Under the pieces are notes generated by a model. The model did no database searches, was not told the origin of the DNA, and saw nothing but the letters and a program-made list of their open reading frames with translations. Below are positions 55,759 through 64,000 of a stretch of 64,000 nt of DNA, piece after piece. Each line of letters begins with the position of its first letter. Position 1 is the first letter of the stretch. A program made the translations under genes and the position numbers. Source of the DNA: Trichoplax sp. H2 (taxonomy: Eukaryota); contig NOWV01000010.1 in assembly GCA_003344405.1 (NCBI GenBank), positions 558,001 through 622,000 of the forward strand. The letters are read 5' to 3'.

Positions 55759-57370
55759 CGTCATGTTTTCAGTCCTAGACAGTAAAAGTATTTGATATTA
55801 TCTATGAACACCAGTTTATAACGTACTGGAGTTTGATACTAATTGTATAGTTAACTCTCTATCGTAAAACGATCCAATGTAAATTACTGAAATATAAAAA
55901 TTATAAAACGATTTTATATAAAAGTATTATTGGTAATTAACCAGCCAATCGTACATTTTGATAGTTAATTATCAGCATCATCTTCGATTTTTTTCTACCA
56001 AATGTTTAATCAATAATAATTTCTTGTGAAGAACATTTCATTGCTAATAAACTTACACTGTGATGAGATTTCATTTTTACTTTCATATGAAATGAGAAAG
56101 CTATGATACTGTAGTCTTCTCATATAATAGACTACTGTAACTGAATGAGGTAAAATTAACTTTTGTCTGTTACAGTATAGATTTTCGCATTTTCGTAAAG
56201 GAATACTCTAGAATGAAAATGTATGTGTAGGATAATCAAAAAGGAAAATAAATGTAAACTACTAGCTACTACAATACTTTAATACCTACTGCATATACAT
56301 GTAGATTTTCTAATTGAAATTGTACATATCCTATATCTTACGCATCTAAACTACACAACGATCATCTTGCAAGGCGGCAATCTACAAATCAATACTTAGC
56401 TTCGGATTAAAGCTTGCTCTAATCATCGGGCAGTTTTAATATTAAAATCATACTCCGCTGTAATGGTAATATATGAGGTTTATAATAGATTCAAGAGTTC
56501 CTCCTTTACTTATATGTCTAATACTACGGTTAGGATTCCGCCACAAATCCCAGGTTGGCTACAAATAATGTTTATCAGTTTGAGGACTAATTTTGATCAG
56601 AATAATTTAATAATACTGCAGTTGCTAAGATCCAACTGATATTCTTTAAACAACATACGTTAATCTGCTTTCAACTTATAATCTAACATGAATCTTTACT
56701 AAATATTTACAATATTCAAGCAAGTTACAAATCCAATCGGACGGCATCATTATCACACAATTTATTATTTTATTAATAAAGTCATCAATAATTAAAATTT
56801 TCTACTAATAAGTTATTTACTGTTAATTCGAACCGTTAATACTTGGCATTATAGCTAACACTAAACACCGCTTTGGTACTTTTGCATGATAGTTCTGGAA
56901 TGATTAATGATTCTAATAATAGAAAATAGTCATATTAAACGAGCAGCTTTATACATCTGATTAAATAATTGTAGTATAACCAGTGATATCATTTACAGTT
57001 TTTAACAAGCAAGATTACGTAGATAACACAGTAACTATCTTATGTTGGTTGGGTTTAGAATGGTTTTTCATAAGTAGACTGTTACTTCAACTTGATTATA
57101 CATCTCGTAAAGCATTTTTAATAGGCACGTAACTGATAAAATAAGACTGTAATCCTTAATGACATATCTGAGAGGAAATAGACTCTACTTAGCACATACA
57201 GTACAGTAGAATAAGTATAGCACTAATTTAGTTTATACAGAAACTAGAGATCAAGTTTATTGGTAACTTTAATTTATTTGAAGAAATAAAGCTCGTTTAA
57301 TTGATTACCGGTACGCCTTGAGGGTATACGCGTCTATTTACAGTATATGGAATCAACTCAATCGTTCAAG

Positions 57371-58633
57371 CTATTGCACAGTTATTTCGAGTAATTTACC
57401 GTTTTCCGAACAATTATTATTAGTTTTACTAGCTACATCATGATTACAATTAATAGTTGAGTTCTGACTGCAACTGAGGTCACGATCATTCAATAGTGAA
57501 CTCTCGCTAAATGTATTGGAATCATCATCAAGATTGCCTACCACATCGAGATGATCATTTTCGAATAGAAAAACACCGGATCGTTTGGTGCCAAATTTCT
57601 TTCTAGCTTTCTGCCAGATATACCTACCCAAGATAACCGTATAATGCAAAAATGCACTTAAAAAACCATGCAGAAATACCCATAAACCACCGACGTAAGC
57701 AAAAACTGTAATAAAAGTTAATATACCAATGTTATAGTTAAATGTGCAGAATGCGCTCTTGTCGGCAATATCGGCTGATATTGGATGATAGCAGTGTAGC
57801 GCTATATTGGATGCATTATCAGCGCATCGTTTCAATTCTGCATCAACACATTGATCACATAAGTAGCATTGAACAGATGGAGTTACTTGGCATAAGAGTG
57901 AAATTTTCCACAAAGATTCAACGCATACCCAGGAAATATATAACCGACTAGTCCAAAAGATAAGACAAGTTGATGTAACCACAAATAATGCTACTAAATT
58001 CCAGATAACATGAGCATTGCTATAGGTATACAGGGGAAAATGTGCTTTAAATTTAAAAGGTAATCGTCGCCTTTTAGTGAGGAATGTTGTTAAAACTAGG
58101 GCCATAGTAAAAGAAATGGAATAGATTTGTACAAAAATACCATTGAAACGAGTTTTAAAATATTTCCAGTCGAAATCGTGCTGATTCCATAAATTAATAT
58201 ATAGATAGATGAGAGTAGTAAAAATTAATGAAATTGTCATTAACCAACTTGATCGACCAGTAAAGCGATTCCAAGAGCACACACCAAAGTAGAAGAAGAA
58301 AAAGAGCAATATTGGAGCGTCAGTAAATCGTCTAAATGTGTTGTCTGATTGTAGAAATTCTCGAACAAATATTCGCTCAGGTAATTCATGATTGGCTAAG
58401 GCATCAAAAAGTGGTCGGCGACGTATAAATTCAATCATACCAACAACAACAAAAGTAAGGGCTATGGATGCATGAAGGCATTGCGAAATAAATCGAATAC
58501 TTCTACAGTCCCGTAAAGATCGGACAGGATAACAGCAACCAAGTTGAGACCATAGGCTCGGACGATGTTGTTGATTTCGATCATCATTGATTGAATTGAT
58601 GCAGTCGGAGTCTGTGGTTAGCGTAACGGACAT
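57371..58633 (-). CDS. Intronless 420-aa multipass membrane protein of unknown family
   Basis: A 1263-nt ORF in AT-rich DNA. About six hydrophobic segments, an 8-Cys loop containing an NAS sequon before the last helix, then a basic stop-transfer (QKARKK) and an acidic tail. Confidence 0.85.
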   Translation of the reverse strand: MSVTLTTDSDCINSINDDRNQQHRPSLWSQLGCCYPVRSLRDCRSIRFISQCLHASIALTFVVVGMIEFIRRRPLFDALANHELPERIFVREFLQSDNTFRRFTDAPILLFFFFYFGVCSWNRFTGRSSWLMTISLIFTTLIYLYINLWNQHDFDWKYFKTRFNGIFVQIYSISFTMALVLTTFLTKRRRLPFKFKAHFPLYTYSNAHVIWNLVALFVVTSTCLIFWTSRLYISWVCVESLWKISLLCQVTPSVQCYLCDQCVDAELKRCADNASNIALHCYHPISADIADKSAFCTFNYNIGILTFITVFAYVGGLWVFLHGFLSAFLHYTVILGRYIWQKARKKFGTKRSGVFLFENDHLDVVGNLDDDSNTFSESSLLNDRDLSCSQNSTINCNHDVASKTNNNCSENGKLLEITVQ

Positions 58634-59364
58634 GATGAATGACTAACTACTAACAATGACGAAGCGTTAATCTTAATATAACAAGTACTACATATATTCC
58701 ATTCATTCATCGATGTCTACAAATAAGTTATGATTTTCAATGGAAAGCGCCATATCAGTCTCTCCAAGACGATGGTATGATTAGCAATGGTCAAAGCGAT
58801 TTTGGACTTGGAAAATTGTTCTAAATTGCGTAGATATCCTTAGCAAATCCACGATACGACAGTGTTGGATCGGTGTATCGTAGAATATACTTTTTCCTCG
58901 TTTAAACTCGCTTCAATTCTCAACAGCGAAGACTATCCTTGATTAAATCTGCCATCAAAATTTGATATCACTCAATCAGGCTCAATTATTCGGATCTTGG
59001 TTGAAGATGGGAAGCGATGAATGACATCATTCAGTAATTAAGTAATAAATAAACAAACAACTGGCTCCGGAAGAACAACAAGTTACCAATGCCATTCGTC
59101 GGTGGCATTCCGTCGTCGTTCTCATTAATCCGATAATTCCTCTATTAATCTACATTTATTAAACCCAAATAGAGGGTCTCTAAGTAACGGTATTCAGTAG
59201 AAGTTATTGCGTAATACACGACGCCGCAGCGCGGTACAGTACCGGTTCCCAATGTTTGTTACGTAAGCCAGAGGGGCGGACGGACGACCAGTGGCCATTG
59301 AGTGTAAATTAATGAGCAGGCTTACCATTTTCTGGTCATTCCACTATACGCTACCACTGAAACC

Positions 59365-59735
59365 ATACTGTATACCACACTGTACAAAACCAACTCAGCC
59401 GCTATACTGTACTGTGTACAGCATTTGGATGAAAATCGTGGACAGAATGTGGACAGTACAGTATACTGTACTGCACACTGTAATTAGGAGTACTGTACAC
59501 TTTGTCACGGACCACTGGAAGGAAATACTTGCAGCATGTAGTGTACACTGTACTGTACAGTACTGTACTGTACAGTGTACAGTACACTGTACTGTAACAG
59601 CTGAGCACCTTTGGGATCATACTGTACCGTACAGTACAGTACAGCACAGTAGAACTCTGTGCACTTTGTCACGGACCACTGGAAGGAAATACTCACAGCA
59701 GGTACAGCTGAGCACCTTTGGGATCATACTGTAGA
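59365..59735. repeat. TACAG/CTGTA array between the divergent orphan membrane gene and DDX31
   Basis: Pentamer runs plus duplicated CACTTTGTCACGGACCACTGGAAGGAAATACT (~59498, ~59662) and ACAGCTGAGCACCTTTGGGATCATACTGTA (~59597, ~59704). Ends ~70 bp before the inferred DDX31 ATG. Confidence 0.9.
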
Positions 59736-59802
59736 GTAGAGCTCCATCTGGATTGCACAGGAACCGCCAGTCAGTCTACAGTCAAGAAATCTGCAAATCG
59801 TC

Positions 59803-62800
59803 ATGGCCGAAGAAGGTGATTGCGCTAATTTATTACTCAATATCACCTGTAATCCATCACCAATGGTAACAACAGCTGATCCTACAAGAAAGAAAGACAA
59901 ATCCAAGGTGTAGTAGTTGGATGTATTAAGCTGTAGCTTTAAAGTAAGAGTGGCCATTGAATGAATCCACGTGAATTCATTCATGGCAATCTGCATTGAT
60001 ACAACTAGAATATCATAGACTAATTGAAATCATTCAATCAGTGAAAAAAAATCTCGAAGAATAGCATTATAATTAGAAATTTGATTAATTCTTACTCCAA
60101 GTCAATGCTATCAAGAATGCATTGATAGTAAGATAGAGTGGAAATTGAACAGTTCTATTCTGTTACTATGAATTATTAATTAATGAATTAATTTGTAGAC
60201 ACCGATCCACTGTCATCCACCAGTTGATTCATTCACTTGCATTGATACAACGGAGTGTACTTGGTTATGCCTATACCCATGTGGGTATTTTCTAGTAGTT
60301 TATGGTAGAATCTACCTTATCTACCTCCACAGTAGGCTTCAACGCACGCGGATACATCTATCAATTGCAATAATGTACTTGATCTACTCTTGAAAATAGC
60401 AGAATAATCTGAATAGAACGATGTACGGTATTCTTGATAATAAAGACACTGCACAACATAGCTTAGTCAGCAGTTCGTTCTTCATGCAATGCTTCAGATA
60501 TCCTGCCCTTTATGGCTCACGTAGACGATCAAATTCATATAGTAAGAAATTTGACTCAATGAAAGTCGATGCTATGAAGCCAAGAATAAATCATAGCCAA
60601 GTAGCTTAGATCTCCAATATAATGGATTATTTTATTTTAAGCCTAAAATTACTGTAATGCTTGAGTTGATTCATTCATACTTGAAAGCGTGTATAAACTT
60701 TAAAAAATACTATTCCTCTGGACAACCCTTTAGTTGATTCATTCATGCTTAGAGAATACTATTCCACTGTACAATCCTTTAGTTGATTCATTGGAGGCCA
60801 TACAATTGCAGTACGAGTATGTCATAGCTTCTGCTAGAGTTACGATGTAGCGCTATAATACAGTGCATTTAAGTTTAAAAATACTACAGCACTTCATCGT
60901 GCTATTCAATGCAGTAATTGATTCATTCTAGATCATACAGTTACGTCTATTATTTATAACTAACATTTGCCGTGCAGAGGTATGATACAGCTAATTCCAC
61001 TTTGAAATTCTTGTAATCATTACGTTGATTGATGCTAAGTTATGAATTGCAATATCTAGGCATTTCTAGTCAGATTTAACACATCAGCCACAGTCAATAT
61101 TTGATTATTTCCAAAGGATTATGATGGCTTAAACATTAGTATAGCTATATCACGCCAACACGTAGAAGCTATCAATAACTAGGAATTAAGTACACTCAGG
61201 CAGCTACAAATATACGTATGTCTTAACTATGCTAGGACGATTGATGTAATAATTGTAAAATTTATTAACGGCCGTAGTATTATGATGTCAGTCGATCAAG
61301 CAGAAGTCATTTAGGTTTATTATACTCATATTGTAAATAACAATACAGTAATGTATGCACTTGTAGATCGTAACAACATTTTTGATTGGATCTAGGACGA
61401 TTAATGGAATAAATCTGAAAGCCTATTAGTACTCAAGCTGGACAATTTTATCGGCGTAGATATTAATTTCAATTTCGTGTTCTGTGATTGATGAATAGGG
61501 TAGTAAAAGAGTTCGAACAAACAAAATGGTCACTAAACAACAAGACATAGCAAAAACACGAACGACCATAGACACATCCAATTTTAAAAGAAAATTAACA
61601 GACAATTCTTCTCGGGAAGATATGAACAAGGGAACTGTTCAATCCACTAAATGGGTAGGTCAATTACAGATTAACTTGGTCAATTCGTGGTAGAATATTG
61701 GTATAATTAACAGTCAGTATCAGATCTTGATATGATTAATCTATAATAACAATTTAGCCTAAGCATCGAGCGATTTCCTTGGTCTATAGATATTGTAATA
61801 GCAGCAGAATGATTGCTTGGTACTTGACACTATTCTTAGTTCGATATTTTAAGTGAACTAATATTACACCAAATAGAATTCAATCCATTAAATAATTTAT
61901 TAATTAAATGTATATACCAAAATGACATCAGATAAAATGATTACAATTAGTGCATAGATCACTAATTTCACTTATTTAATTCAATTTATAGATTTCTTCA
62001 CTATTTACCAATAATCCAGAAATACCTCAAGTACAACGGTAATTATAATACACCTCTACCTGTGTCCTCAGAAAATTGAATTAAAAATGGTTATTTATAT
62101 AATCTATGTTCTGTAAAATAATCATCAATAAATACGACCGTATACAGTCATTTCATCCTATCATTCTATCGTAGTTCGAAGAAGCTTAAAACTCATCATC
62201 AAGTCTTTACTGACGTCGAATTTACAAACGTCGCGCTATCACCCAGATTGGTAGGTAACGTATAACACAATCTTAAAATATACATGTTAAAATATTTAAC
62301 AGTAAATTACTAATGAGTTATATTTATTTACTAGCAATCATTTCTTGTTGTAATTAGATATATAACTAGTTATTTTACGATATACTTGAAAGCAGAAATT
62401 GCATATTACTGCGTTACTTACTGTAATAAACTATGTGCAAATTGTACTATGCATTTCGTAGACAATTTTTTTTCGTTACCCTGTAGGTATCACATTTAGA
62501 ACAACACTTCCATTATCAGAAAATGACATGGTAAAATTTGTGACGTTAATACCAGTGTTCAACACTGCCTCATACACAAACTTTGATACCTTATTATTAT
62601 AACAACTTACCTTAATAACTTAAAGTAATTAGCTACCGACCAATACCATTTGATATTCTTTTAGTGTACAAAGAAAAGCGATACCGTCAATACTAAATGG
62701 ACGTGATTGTCTTATTCAGTCACAGACTGGAACAGGTACAATTTCTTGACGAAATAAATGATATATTTGCTATCTATAAATTGACCTTATTGTTTGTTAG

Positions 62801-64000
62801 GAAAAACAATTGCATATGCTGTACCTATTGTCAACAAATTACAAGAACTTGAACCTAAAATTCAGGTACGAATACTTCTCTTAATCCTTCGTCACGGTTT
62901 AACTTTTACCCTGCCGCCTCAATCCCTACCATTAATAATTAATATGATGCAATTTATTCTAGAGATCTGATGGCCCATATGCTCTAATACTCTTACCAAC
63001 TCGTGAGGTTAATCATATACGAGTATATTTTTTCAAATTTGTGCATAAATGATTTTGTGGGATATCAGTTCTGGTACTGGTTTAATAACAATGTATTATA
63101 ATGATTGAATTAAAAACCATAAATTTTCCGAAACTAAAATTTTTTTTCTTTTTAATCCTTTCAATATAATATAGCTGGCTTTACAAACAATGACCATTTT
63201 TAATAAATTACTGAAGGTGTGAAACTATTCTAATATTTATGATAATTTACTATGTGCTTCTTACAAAATGAGCTTTCGTGAATTAGACATTTTGCTGGAT
63301 TGTACCTGGCTGTGTCACAGGCGGAGAAAAAAAAAAGTCTGAAAAAGCAAGGTAGGCACATTGACTATTTGAATGTAACATTAATTTTATGATATGGCTA
63401 TATGTAATGTATTTTTATTCTATTAAATATCGCTAATCGTTAAATTGCTTACACTCTAAGAATTCGTAAAGGTATCAATGTGCTGATTTCAACTCCAGGA
63501 AGGCTCATAGATCATATTAAGGTTTAAAATTAAAGATGAAAATATTTATATACATCAAAGTAATTTATCTATGTTGGCCGTAATAACACATATGCCTCAT
63601 AAACGTAGAATACGCAATGTCTACAACTTGATAACATAAAATGGTTGGTTTTAGACGAATGTGACAGGTTAATAACAAAAATTTGGCAGTTATTAGAGGC
63701 GAAATTGATACTCTTCTTTGTTTTTGCAAGAACATTTGGTAATTATTTTTCATTTTAAACTTATAATGCAGATTGTTAGATTTGGGCTTTAAAGAAGACA
63801 TAAACACCATGCTTACTGCTTTAAATGCAGGGAGTGGACAAAGACAAACAATCCTTGTTTCGGCTACCTTAACAGCAGGTAGAAGCCTTAGTATTTATAA
63901 ATGATTGTACCTTCAAGAAAGCAATACAAATCGGCAATATAATTTTTATCGGCCATAGTAAACAGTTAAATATATCTTGCAGGGGTGCAACAACTTGCTC
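59803..64000 (+). CDS. DDX31: DEAD-box RNA helicase DDX31/Dbp7 (5' part; truncated by the window end)
   Basis: Exons 59803-59907, 61499-61654 (these two less certain), 61992-62038, 62175-62250, 62487-62530, 62665-62735, 62801-62865, 62963-63007, 63175-63216, 63287-63351, 63461-63521, 63609-63667, 63772-63878, 63983-end. [93 protein letters not shown], SAT. Confidence 0.94.

Overview
AT-rich, intron-dense animal genomic DNA, not prokaryotic. The compact genes, short introns and abundant ACAGT/TACAG microsatellite suggest a placozoan (Trichoplax-like); this is inference. Splicing by hand gives ten protein-coding genes, most missed or fragmented by the ORF track. They are an unrecognised 15-exon gene (-), SLC35D1/2 (-), RER1 (+), FKBP12 (+), CZIB/C1orf123 (-), UBE2W (+), a Kv2/Shab channel (-), CABLES (+), an intronless orphan multipass membrane protein (-) and DDX31/Dbp7 (+, runs off the window). 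Main signals: (1) all five large TACAG/CTGTA arrays sit at gene 5' ends, four of them between head-to-head gene pairs; (2) FKBP12 has an AT-AC U12-type intron; (3) a 90-bp fold-back element with TGT...ACA ends and a 4-bp TSD is seen as filled and empty copies either side of an assembly gap; (4) the orphan gene has an in-frame UGA created by an exon junction. I found no CRISPR array, tRNA or rRNA.
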